Virus record (IMG/VR): IMGVR_UViG_3300020460_000027
Location: 1 to 37,542 of that record
Reading direction: 5' to 3' (one strand)
Length of the DNA stretch: 37,542 nt
From: a virus
Lineage: Duplodnaviria > Caudoviricetes
This document shows positions 28,993-36,077 of this stretch, one piece after another (the stretch's first letter is position 1; every line of letters begins with the position of its first letter). The notes under the pieces are model-generated. The model was not told the origin of the DNA, ran no database searches, and saw nothing but the letters and a program-made list of their open reading frames with translations. The translations under genes were made by a program, and so were the position numbers.

Positions 28993-29336
28993 TGAGTTCT
29001 AAGAATAAAATTAAAGGAACAGCTTTTGAAACTGCTGTTGTTAACTACATAAACAATAACTCTTGTTTGAATGTTGAACGCAGGGCTTTGTCCGGCATGA
29101 ACGATAAGGGCGATATTATTGGCGTGCCGGATACAGCCATAGAATGTAAAAATGTTAAAGACTGGTCTCAAAGACTTGGCTCATTCATTAACGAAGCTGA
29201 AGAGGAAGCTGCCAATGCCTCTGTCAACATAGGTGTTGTTGTTATTAAGAAACGTAACGCTCCTATAGATGATGCTTATGTTGTGCAATCATTACGTCAA
29301 TGGGTTGAGACTATAGAAAGAGATTTGAATGGATGA
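28992..29336 (+). CDS. Holliday junction resolvase (Hjc-like PD-(D/E)XK)
   Basis: KGTAFE, DKGDI and IECKN motifs. Confidence 0.8.
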   Translation: MSSKNKIKGTAFETAVVNYINNNSCLNVERRALSGMNDKGDIIGVPDTAIECKNVKDWSQRLGSFINEAEEEAANASVNIGVVVIKKRNAPIDDAYVVQSLRQWVETIERDLNG

Positions 29337-29682
29337 TATGCAGTTGTTTGATCCTCAAGCACCTGAGAAAAACAATGCTAAAACTATTTTCGCAGAATGG
29401 GCGCAAGACCCTGATAGTAGACCACGTTTAAGAAATAGTCGTGATGCTACTGTTGTTGCTCGAATAGTCGAAGCTTTAGAAGCAGGTTTCAAAGAGCCTG
29501 TAATAAAAAAAGCTTTAGATAAGTGTTGGAAATTTTCATCTAAAGCTGCTTGGGAGACTGCTTTGAATATTGCTTTCGAGGAGTGTAGAAGAGAAAATAA
29601 ATCTAAAGGGATTCGTTTATCAGACACTCAGGAAGCTTTGTTGCGTTTAAGAGAAGATCGTGGGCTACTTAAAAAACCGTGA
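29329..29682 (+). CDS. Hypothetical protein
   Basis: 117 aa, overlaps neighbours. Confidence 0.65.
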   Translation: MDDMQLFDPQAPEKNNAKTIFAEWAQDPDSRPRLRNSRDATVVARIVEALEAGFKEPVIKKALDKCWKFSSKAAWETALNIAFEECRRENKSKGIRLSDTQEALLRLREDRGLLKKP

Positions 29683-29875
29683 GAGTGGCTGGACAAGTAG
29701 AGCCGCTTGCAAGGGAGAACCAGTAGAGATTTTCTACAAGAAAAAGTATTTAAAAATAGCTCAACGTATTTGTTCCGCTTGCGTAGTTAAAAAAGAATGT
29801 GGTCTAGCTGGTCGTAAAGAAAAGTTTGGAGTTTGGGGTGGGATTCCAAGAGGGTGGTTAAGAGAAGAGAAATGA
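29660..29875 (+). CDS. whiB: WhiB family transcription factor
   Basis: W..RAAC...CxxC-x5-C...GVWGG. Confidence 0.88.
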   Translation: MGYLKNRESGWTSRAACKGEPVEIFYKKKYLKIAQRICSACVVKKECGLAGRKEKFGVWGGIPRGWLREEK

Positions 29876-30159
29876 TTTCTTTAACAAGTTTTCCTGAAAA
29901 TCTTTTTGCTATCAGCAGTATTCATAATGAAGACAGGTTTTTAGGAATGAGAATAGATGACCCTGACCATTCAGAAGTTGTTCTTTTTGTGGGGCATCAC
30001 GGTGTTGAATTTGATGGTGCTATTACTGCAATGGTAGAAACAGGTGTAGCTATTAACAGAGATCAGTTAATTGAAATGTCTCAAGCGATGCTGGCTACTG
30101 CTATGAGTATGATAGAGCCTGACGATTTTTCAGAGAATGGAGAAAGTTATTATGGGTAA
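29872..30159 (+). CDS. Hypothetical protein
   Basis: ATGA overlap; acidic, 95 aa. Confidence 0.6.
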   Translation: MISLTSFPENLFAISSIHNEDRFLGMRIDDPDHSEVVLFVGHHGVEFDGAITAMVETGVAINRDQLIEMSQAMLATAMSMIEPDDFSENGESYYG

Positions 30160-30514
30160 AACAAAACTTTTTGAAAAGACTCCCAACTGGATGGATCAAG
30201 CTGCTTGCAAAGGTATGAACCCTGAACTCTTTTTCCCTAAAGGAGCTATCCCTAATAAGGTTAAAGAAGTTTGTGGAAGCTGTTGTGTAAAAAGTCAATG
30301 CTTAGAACACAGTCTTAAAAATAATGAGATTGATGGTGTCTGGGGTGGAGAAGGTAAAGACGCTCGTAAAAAAATTAAACGAATTAGGTGGAACTTTACT
30401 TACGGACAGATTATTAAATGCAGAATTTGTGAATCAGATTTTAAAACAATTAGCCCCCACCATAAAATTTGTAGTGAACCTTGTCGTCAATTAGCTAAGA
30501 GTAAACGATTATAG
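30152..30514 (+). CDS. whiB: WhiB family factor with C-terminal zinc-finger-like extension
   Basis: WMDQAAC...ELFFP...CxxC-x5-C...GVWGG, then CRIC...CSEPC. Confidence 0.9.
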   Translation: MGKTKLFEKTPNWMDQAACKGMNPELFFPKGAIPNKVKEVCGSCCVKSQCLEHSLKNNEIDGVWGGEGKDARKKIKRIRWNFTYGQIIKCRICESDFKTISPHHKICSEPCRQLAKSKRL

Positions 30515-30515
30515 A

Positions 30516-31073
30516 ATGACTTCTCTTTTGCTTGCCGTGATTGTTGCCGTGAACTCTATGGTTGTGATACCTGAGATAGTGGATCAAGAATATCGTATGT
30601 ATGAGCGTGGTTCTCATATCGTGGAGTTACAAAAAGAAATAGGTGGAGTTCAGGTTGATGGGATTTATGGACCGAAGACTAGAGCGAAACATATTGCTTC
30701 TGTTGGTGGTGGAGTAGCTGCTGTTTACAGGTGGTACGGGTTCACACCTTTAACGAACAACACTAAACCTTTAAGCGTTCTAATAGATGAGTATTTTAAA
30801 ACAGAATCAGATCGTCTATGGGCGACACGGGTTGCTTTCTGTGAATCGTCTGCTTTGCCGCATCATGTTCGCTCCACTGCTGTTTCACCTGCTCTAGCTG
30901 TCGGAGCTATGCAAAACCTTATGCGTTACTGGTCAAGCCGTGCCGTTTCAGCAGGTTTGTCGGCTGATGCTTCTCCTTACGATTTAGAAAATAACATAAG
31001 GGTAGCTGCACATTTGTTTTACACCTCAGGTAAACATCATTGGAATCCTTCTAAGAAATGTTGGGGGAAATAA
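30516..31073 (+). CDS. Secreted/anchored lytic transglycosylase-like protein with PG-binding motif
   Basis: Hydrophobic N-terminus, LQ...VDGIYGPKT, catalytic-like VAFCESS, GAMQ, ENNIRVAAHL, HW. Confidence 0.7.
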   Translation: MTSLLLAVIVAVNSMVVIPEIVDQEYRMYERGSHIVELQKEIGGVQVDGIYGPKTRAKHIASVGGGVAAVYRWYGFTPLTNNTKPLSVLIDEYFKTESDRLWATRVAFCESSALPHHVRSTAVSPALAVGAMQNLMRYWSSRAVSAGLSADASPYDLENNIRVAAHLFYTSGKHHWNPSKKCWGK

Positions 31074-31075
31074 TA

Positions 31076-31831
31076 ATGCAACAAGCTCACCAAAAAATTG
31101 TTAGAGAAAAAATGAAAACAGAAGATTCTTTCAATCTGTTTGGTGACTGGTGGGAAGACATAGAAGTAGACATTAAAAAAGCAGTTGTTAAACCGATTGA
31201 TTACAAGACGGCTGCGAGTGTGATTATCAAGTATGAGTGGCTTGGTTGTATGCCTGCGATGGTTAAGTATTGTTTCGGTATTTACTTTGACGGCAATCTA
31301 GGTGGCGCTGTTGTTTACAGCACGGAATATATAGAGAACTTAGGTAAGTGGGATAAGTACGATTACACAGGCAAGATCATTCTCTTATCAAGGGGCGCTT
31401 GTGTTCATTGGGCTCATCCTCATAGTGCCAGCAAACTAATAACAAGTTCGATGAAAATGCTCCCTGAGAAATACAAAGTCGTGACTGCTACTGTCGATGA
31501 ACACGCTGGCGAGATAGGAACTATCTATCAAGCCTGCAACTTTGTTTATATAGGTTCTATGCGAGACAACAATCCAAATGTGAACAGCAGAAAAGATGAC
31601 AGGTTTGGAGTTGAGATTGACGGCAAGTTATATACCGCTCGCTCCATGAGGCAGAAGGTCGGTTCACAAAAAAAGGAAGACATTTTAAATGTTTATCCTC
31701 ACGCCGTGTTTGTACCTCAAGCTAGTAAGAAAAGGTACTTTTATTTTCTTGGGAATAAGAAAGAGAGACAATACCACCGGAGTCAAATAGAAGATCAAAT
31801 TCAACCGTACCCAAAAAGAGATTTGTTATGA
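31076..31831 (+). CDS. Mom-like DNA modification protein (GNAT fold)
   Basis: IIKYEWLG...FGIYFDGNLGGAVVY...LSRGAC...ASKLI...GEIGTIYQACNFVYIG...KKRYFYFL. Confidence 0.75.
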   Translation: MQQAHQKIVREKMKTEDSFNLFGDWWEDIEVDIKKAVVKPIDYKTAASVIIKYEWLGCMPAMVKYCFGIYFDGNLGGAVVYSTEYIENLGKWDKYDYTGKIILLSRGACVHWAHPHSASKLITSSMKMLPEKYKVVTATVDEHAGEIGTIYQACNFVYIGSMRDNNPNVNSRKDDRFGVEIDGKLYTARSMRQKVGSQKKEDILNVYPHAVFVPQASKKRYFYFLGNKKERQYHRSQIEDQIQPYPKRDLL

Positions 31832-32139
31832 GTCCTGAAGAAGTCGAAGAGATTCTTTTTACGATGACTGCTATTTGGACTCAGAAAATAAACGACCCTA
31901 CGTTAATGGTTTGGAAGGAACTGTTAGCTCCAGAAGACCGTTCTAAAGTTAGAGCAGCTATCAAACAATTAGCTGATACCAGTAAATATTTTCCTGCATG
32001 GTCAGAGGTTAAAGAAATTGTAGAGCTTTTAAAACGTCAAGAAAGAGAAGCACCTAAAGCTATTGAAGCTGGGAGTTATTTATCACACAAAGAAAATCTA
32101 GAACGATTAAAGGAAATCAAAAAGCTTAGAAGTATGTGA
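31828..32139 (+). CDS. Putative helicase loader/inhibitor (G39P-like)
   Basis: VWKELL...VRAAIKQLADTSKYFPAWSEV pattern. Confidence 0.5.
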   Translation: MSPEEVEEILFTMTAIWTQKINDPTLMVWKELLAPEDRSKVRAAIKQLADTSKYFPAWSEVKEIVELLKRQEREAPKAIEAGSYLSHKENLERLKEIKKLRSM

Positions 32140-32165
32140 GTAAATGTTGCTCTTGCATGATATGA

Positions 32166-32210
32166 TTTTGTTTATACACATTTCACTCCAATCGTTTTGT
32201 GTAAACAAAA
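32166..32210 (+). ncRNA. Candidate antisense hairpin RNA presenting CUCCAAUCGU (complement of the early-gene RBS motif)
   Basis: 13-bp stem 32166-32178/32198-32210 (U-G pair valid only on +); loop contains CTCCAATCGT at 32186-32195. Confidence 0.5.
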
Positions 32211-32236
32211 AACCCCCCGATTATGGGGGGTTTTTT
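32207..32236. terminator. Bidirectional intrinsic terminator between convergent operons
   Basis: AAAAAA-CCCCCC-GATTAT-GGGGGG-TTTTTT. Confidence 0.9.
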
Positions 32237-32257
32237 ACTTGGGTTGACAGTCCTAGA

Positions 32258-33205
32258 TTATGCGGCTTTACGTTTTAGTCGCCGTATCTCAGCTTTGAGT
32301 TCAGCAACTTCTTCCCGTAGGGCTTTGACCCTACAAGCTTCTGCATTGTTTTCTTTGTACGAAATGCTTTCCAAATGGTCAATGTTCACACACGCTCTTT
32401 CCCCACAGATATGGTGTATCTGGTTTCCTTCAGGGATAGTTTCGTTGTTGGCTACTTCCCAGACTTTTCGATGGGTAGCAATCCGAGTCAACCCTTCTCC
32501 ATCTTTCGCTATGCAAATAGACCCGTAACCTGATTCCATTTTGGTGTGTTGCCAAACTAAACAACCGTTGTTGTTTGGCTTCACGTACCCATTTTGAGGA
32601 TCTAAATAGAAAGCAATAGTTTCAGTCCAGTCTAAATGAAACAAAGTAGGGCGTAACTTTCTACCTGCTTCAAAAGTTTTATTTTTGTACCATCTTGCCC
32701 CATGTCCCTGACAAATCTCACCGTATTCGATTGATTTTGGGTCAAACTTTGAAGGATCTTTAAGCCCTACATATCCTTTGTCTGTGACTCGACCACATGG
32801 GGTTCCTTTGGAATCTATAGGCACCATGCAAGTGCTGTTGCGAGGTAAGGATTGAACTAACGGAACATCAGGGTACGTGTCTCCGTATTTGTCTAATCGT
32901 TTAGCATGACCACGACAATGATCGTCAGTCTGTGTTCTTTGTTTAAATGAACAGCCCTTAACTATGCAGTTTTTATATTGTTGTTCTTTAATCAGTAGGG
33001 TTTTGCTACCCAGACAGCAACGCCGATTCTGATGTTTCTTAGCAGCACGTTGAGCGTTACCAAGTGTTGCATATCTTGGTTCCCCACAGCGAGCGCACTT
33101 CACATGCAAGGGTATTTGCGAATCTCCACTGTATGGCTCTAGTGGAATATATTCACATGCTCGCATTATCTTGTCGGCTTCTTCTACTGTATGTTTATTC
33201 GGCAT
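32258..33205 (-). CDS. HNH endonuclease with Cys/His-rich N-terminal domains
   Basis: CLVWQ...GYG...THRKVW...IHHICGERACVNIDHL...ENN; several Cys/His zinc-knuckle motifs upstream. Confidence 0.88.
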   Translation of the reverse strand: MPNKHTVEEADKIMRACEYIPLEPYSGDSQIPLHVKCARCGEPRYATLGNAQRAAKKHQNRRCCLGSKTLLIKEQQYKNCIVKGCSFKQRTQTDDHCRGHAKRLDKYGDTYPDVPLVQSLPRNSTCMVPIDSKGTPCGRVTDKGYVGLKDPSKFDPKSIEYGEICQGHGARWYKNKTFEAGRKLRPTLFHLDWTETIAFYLDPQNGYVKPNNNGCLVWQHTKMESGYGSICIAKDGEGLTRIATHRKVWEVANNETIPEGNQIHHICGERACVNIDHLESISYKENNAEACRVKALREEVAELKAEIRRLKRKAA

Positions 33206-33699
33206 TACGCTATCTCCATCTTCGGAGCTTGTTTAGCACGACTGTTTTTCAAGTGAGCATCAACTTCAGGATCGTCGTCGCCTATGTCGTAACGAACATT
33301 ACGTTCTTGAAAACCGACAGGTATCTGTGAGTCTTTAGTCCATACCCATAAATGGTACTCGTTAGCTGTATCAACAACTCTAGACTCAGCAGGATAAAGC
33401 TCAAGTGCTTCACGCTCGTCACCAAAAATGTCGTTTTTAATCTGCTGGAAATGTCGCCAAGGTCGATTCGTTGCCCGTGTATGAGAGTGAATACACATTT
33501 GGCAAATACCATCACGACCTAACTCTTTGTTTAAGTATCTGATTGTTGCCTGATACCTGTCGTTTATCCAAACTTCGTCAGGCATGTCACCATGAAACTT
33601 ATCTTTTATTTTTTCATAGATGTTATCGTCAGCTAGTTGAGCGGCTTGCATACGCATCCAAGCCTTAGCTTTAGTTGGGGCTTTACGTTTCTTACCCAT
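33205..33699 (-). CDS. Hypothetical early protein
   Basis: ATG 33699 after ACGATTGGAGAA; WRHFQQIKNDIFG...ELYPAESRVVDTANEYHLW. Confidence 0.8.
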   Translation of the reverse strand: MGKKRKAPTKAKAWMRMQAAQLADDNIYEKIKDKFHGDMPDEVWINDRYQATIRYLNKELGRDGICQMCIHSHTRATNRPWRHFQQIKNDIFGDEREALELYPAESRVVDTANEYHLWVWTKDSQIPVGFQERNVRYDIGDDDPEVDAHLKNSRAKQAPKMEIA

Positions 33700-33717
33700 T
33701 GTTTTATTCTCCAATCG

Positions 33718-33778
33718 TGGTCTGTCTCATCAGTATGTGGTGACCAATCCACATAGACACCCTTACGGGTGTTTCAAC
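33718..33778 (-). ncRNA. Type II hammerhead ribozyme HHR-A (cut between 33756 and 33755)
   Basis: GUU-GAAAC-ACCC-GUAA-GGGU-GUC^UAUGUGG-AUUGGUCA-CCACAUA-CUGAUGA-GAC-AGACCA; pseudoknot UGGUC/GACCA. Confidence 0.88.
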
Positions 33779-34004
33779 TAGCTTTCCTTCCGGTTTCAAG
33801 TAACCATTTTTCAACGTCAGCTTTAAGGAAAAAAACTAACCCCCATCTTCTAATAACTGAAGAAGGAAAATCATTACTGTTAATCCAGTAAGTAATATTT
33901 GATTTATGCACCCCTTCTTTTTTTGCTATATCTGACAAGGTGATTAACTCCGATAAACGGTAATCGTTTATATTTATTTCAGGTCGAGGAGGAACTAATT
34001 GCAT
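33774..34004 (-). CDS. AlpA/excisionase-like HTH protein
   Basis: LITLSDIAKKEGVHKSNITYW...DFP...FLKADVEKWL; GGAG SD. Confidence 0.75.
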   Translation of the reverse strand: MQLVPPRPEININDYRLSELITLSDIAKKEGVHKSNITYWINSNDFPSSVIRRWGLVFFLKADVEKWLLETGRKAS

Positions 34005-34413
34005 CTTCTCCACCCCCTGTCACGAAAGTACCAACATTGACGTTGACAACATCTTGAGTCATTTCACGAACATGCTCATCGTGTCCGTTTACTTTGTATT
34101 CAAGGTCGGCGTAAAATCTTTGAACGACTTTCCATTTGCGTGAAGCTTTAGAAATCACGTAAGTACCGTTGTCGCCATTGTCGTAATCAAGGTTTTTGAT
34201 TACATCAACGTAAACGCTTGAATTGCCTCCGAACCAGTTGCCTATCATTTGAATGAACCTTGCAGGCTCGTTGACACCCAAAGCTGATGCCGCTTGACAA
34301 AAAGCTTCAATGGACTCAATACCACCGTTCCAATGAAGGTAAATGCCTACCTGTGATGTATCCAAAATGCTCTCAGATGAATCTTGAAAACTTATTACCG
34401 CTCTATTTCCCAT
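33979..34413 (-). CDS. Hypothetical early protein
   Basis: MGNRAVI...GIYLHWNGG...DNGTYVI; AGGAG SD. Confidence 0.8.
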   Translation of the reverse strand: MGNRAVISFQDSSESILDTSQVGIYLHWNGGIESIEAFCQAASALGVNEPARFIQMIGNWFGGNSSVYVDVIKNLDYDNGDNGTYVISKASRKWKVVQRFYADLEYKVNGHDEHVREMTQDVVNVNVGTFVTGGGEDAISSSST

Positions 34414-34753
34414 GATTGTTCTCCTTTCGTTCTGTCATAGATATAACTGGTCTAGGTGAATTGATAATTTCTTTTTTAACAATCTCATCTCTAACTTTGT
34501 AAATGTTTACACAACACTTCCTTAAAGAAAGATCGATTTCTTCTAACTCTTGAAGCCATAAAGCAAAACGTGGTTTCAAGTCTTCCCAAGCTTGATCTCT
34601 TGTTACAGATAAAGCCGACAGGATAGCGTCGTCTCTAAAATAAGGATGACATTTTATAGAAGCCTCGACACTTGTCTCTAAGTGTTTAGCATTTATTAGT
34701 ATTTCTTTTAGCCGCTCGGTTATTCCGGCGACTGGTTCAAATGGTTCTATCAT
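34403..34753 (-). CDS. Hypothetical early protein
   Basis: ATG 34753 after ATGATTGGAGAA. Confidence 0.75.
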   Translation of the reverse strand: MIEPFEPVAGITERLKEILINAKHLETSVEASIKCHPYFRDDAILSALSVTRDQAWEDLKPRFALWLQELEEIDLSLRKCCVNIYKVRDEIVKKEIINSPRPVISMTERKENNHGK

Positions 34754-34772
34754 TTGTATTTCTCCAATCATT

Positions 34773-34834
34773 TGGTCTATCTCTTCAGCGTTAAGAGACC
34801 ATCCTTAACGGACACTCCGAAGAGTGTTTCGATA
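34773..34834 (-). ncRNA. Type II hammerhead ribozyme HHR-B (cut between 34811 and 34810)
   Basis: UAUC-GAAAC-ACUC-UUCG-GAGU-GUC^CGUUAAG-GAUGGUCU-CUUAACG-CUGAAGA-GAUA-GACCA. Confidence 0.93.
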
Positions 34835-34987
34835 TTATTTACAAACCGGCGCTATTAGTTCCGGATCGGTTGTATCAGGACAAAACGGTTCATAATTTTT
34901 TGGGTCGTCAATCCATGCAACTATCATTAAACATGAGATAAGCAACCCAATATAAACACGCTCTTTTAATGTCAACTTATTAGTCAT
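34835..34987 (-). CDS. Small membrane protein
   Basis: MTNKLTLKERVYIGLLISCLMIVAWID; GAGGAG SD. Confidence 0.65.
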   Translation of the reverse strand: MTNKLTLKERVYIGLLISCLMIVAWIDDPKNYEPFCPDTTDPELIAPVCK

Positions 34988-35291
34988 TTTCAAACTCCTC
35001 TCTAAGCTGCCATGTAGTTCTCTTGTGCCATTTGTGTTCAAATAGTCCAAGCTCTATCAATTTATTACCGGCTTGATTAAGTCGTTCTATAGCGTGACTT
35101 AATCGAGTGTTTTCTGGGTTATAAATATGTCCCATGTTGTGAGCGTCATCGAGATAAATGCACATAGTTTGATCGTGCTGTGCATCGAGAAACTCTCTAA
35201 CGTAAAACAATATTTTTGTATCCTGTCCGGAATCAAATTTTAGAATTGCTTCTTGGCAATCTCCGGATATACCCTCTAAAACTAATTTCAT
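34980..35291 (-). CDS. Hypothetical early protein
   Basis: 103 aa; GGGAG SD. Confidence 0.7.
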   Translation of the reverse strand: MKLVLEGISGDCQEAILKFDSGQDTKILFYVREFLDAQHDQTMCIYLDDAHNMGHIYNPENTRLSHAIERLNQAGNKLIELGLFEHKWHKRTTWQLREEFEND

Positions 35292-35330
35292 TTTATTCTC
35301 CCTCTCTTTTCTTGTGCTTCTGTCATTGTT

Positions 35331-35498
35331 TTATTCGCCATATTCACACGCTCCGCAGATGTAATCCGCTGTGTAGATATTGCCGACATAAACACCATGC
35401 CTGCAATAATCTTTGTCAGGGATCGGTTCGACATCACTATCTAACACTTGACCTGTTCTAGCCTCTCTAAGTATTTCCTCTACTGACAATTCAGCCAT
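35331..35498 (-). CDS. Small putative zinc-binding protein (55 aa)
   Basis: ATG 35498 after ACGATTGGAGAA; CRHG...CGACE. Confidence 0.75.
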   Translation of the reverse strand: MAELSVEEILREARTGQVLDSDVEPIPDKDYCRHGVYVGNIYTADYICGACEYGE

Positions 35499-35514
35499 TA
35501 GTTTTCTCCAATCG

Positions 35515-35575
35515 TGGTCTATCTCTTCAGTGACTAGAGACCATCCTAGCCAGACACCCTTACGGGTGTTTCGAT
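35515..35575 (-). ncRNA. Type II hammerhead ribozyme HHR-C (cut between 35553 and 35552)
   Basis: AUC-GAAAC-ACCC-GUAA-GGGU-GUC^UGGCUAG-GAUGGUCU-CUAGUCA-CUGAAGA-GAU-AGACCA. Confidence 0.93.
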
Positions 35576-36000
35576 TAGTTCGTGTAAAGAGTTTCAAAAG
35601 GAAATGTCTCTTGAAAATAATCTCTAAGCCATACCGCCCAATCAAGATGTGTAATATCTCTTCTAGCGTTATCAAACCAATCTTTATAAACAAACTCTAT
35701 TTTTCCGAGTGTGCATATACCATATTGCATGTTGAAAGTTTTAGGGTAAAAACGGATCTCTTCAGAAGGTCCGCCCCAAGAGATCAGATATTTAAGATAG
35801 GGTAGCTCCCCTTCTTTAATCTCTTGCCAATCTAGAGACAAACCGTACTCATGGAATCTAGTAGTAGCGTCGTCTTGCTCGACGATCATATCGCTAGACT
35901 CCATGCCCTCGATCATGTCCTGAAAGTCTTCGCCCCTGCTTACGATTGCGTCGTCGATAACGGCTTCGCAATTTACAGTTAGCCCGTTTGATTTATTCAT
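35575..36000 (-). CDS. Hypothetical acidic early protein
   Basis: EYGLSLD...YLISWGGPSEEIRF...YKDWFD; ACGATTGGAG upstream. Confidence 0.8.
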   Translation of the reverse strand: MNKSNGLTVNCEAVIDDAIVSRGEDFQDMIEGMESSDMIVEQDDATTRFHEYGLSLDWQEIKEGELPYLKYLISWGGPSEEIRFYPKTFNMQYGICTLGKIEFVYKDWFDNARRDITHLDWAVWLRDYFQETFPFETLYTN

Positions 36001-36017
36001 TGTTATTTCTCCAATCG

Positions 36018-36077
36018 TGGTCTATCTCATCAGTAGCTAGAGACCATCCTAGCCAGACGCTCTAAGAGCGTTTCGAT
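36018..36077 (-). ncRNA. Type II hammerhead ribozyme HHR-D (cut between 36056 and 36055)
   Basis: AUC-GAAAC-GCUC-UUA-GAGC-GUC^UGGCUAG-GAUGGUCU-CUAGCUA-CUGAUGA-GAU-AGACCA. Confidence 0.92.

Noticed and set aside
1366-29627. Numerous short antisense or alternate-frame ORFs inside long + strand genes
   Set aside because: Shadow ORFs without RBS or motifs, fully overlapping well-supported genes
32107-32181. 24-aa - strand ORF (MCINKIISCKSNIYSHTSKLFDFL) after ACGATTGGAG
   Set aside because: Lies beyond a strong bidirectional terminator, SD-ATG spacing is only 4 nt and it overlaps a + gene; not fully excluded as the alternative to the antisense model
35499-35693. ORF-track N-terminal extension of 35331-35693 (similar shorter extensions at 33714, 34771 and 14566)
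   Set aside because: The extensions run through the ribozyme or RBS motif; the ATG downstream of ACGATTGGAG is the better start
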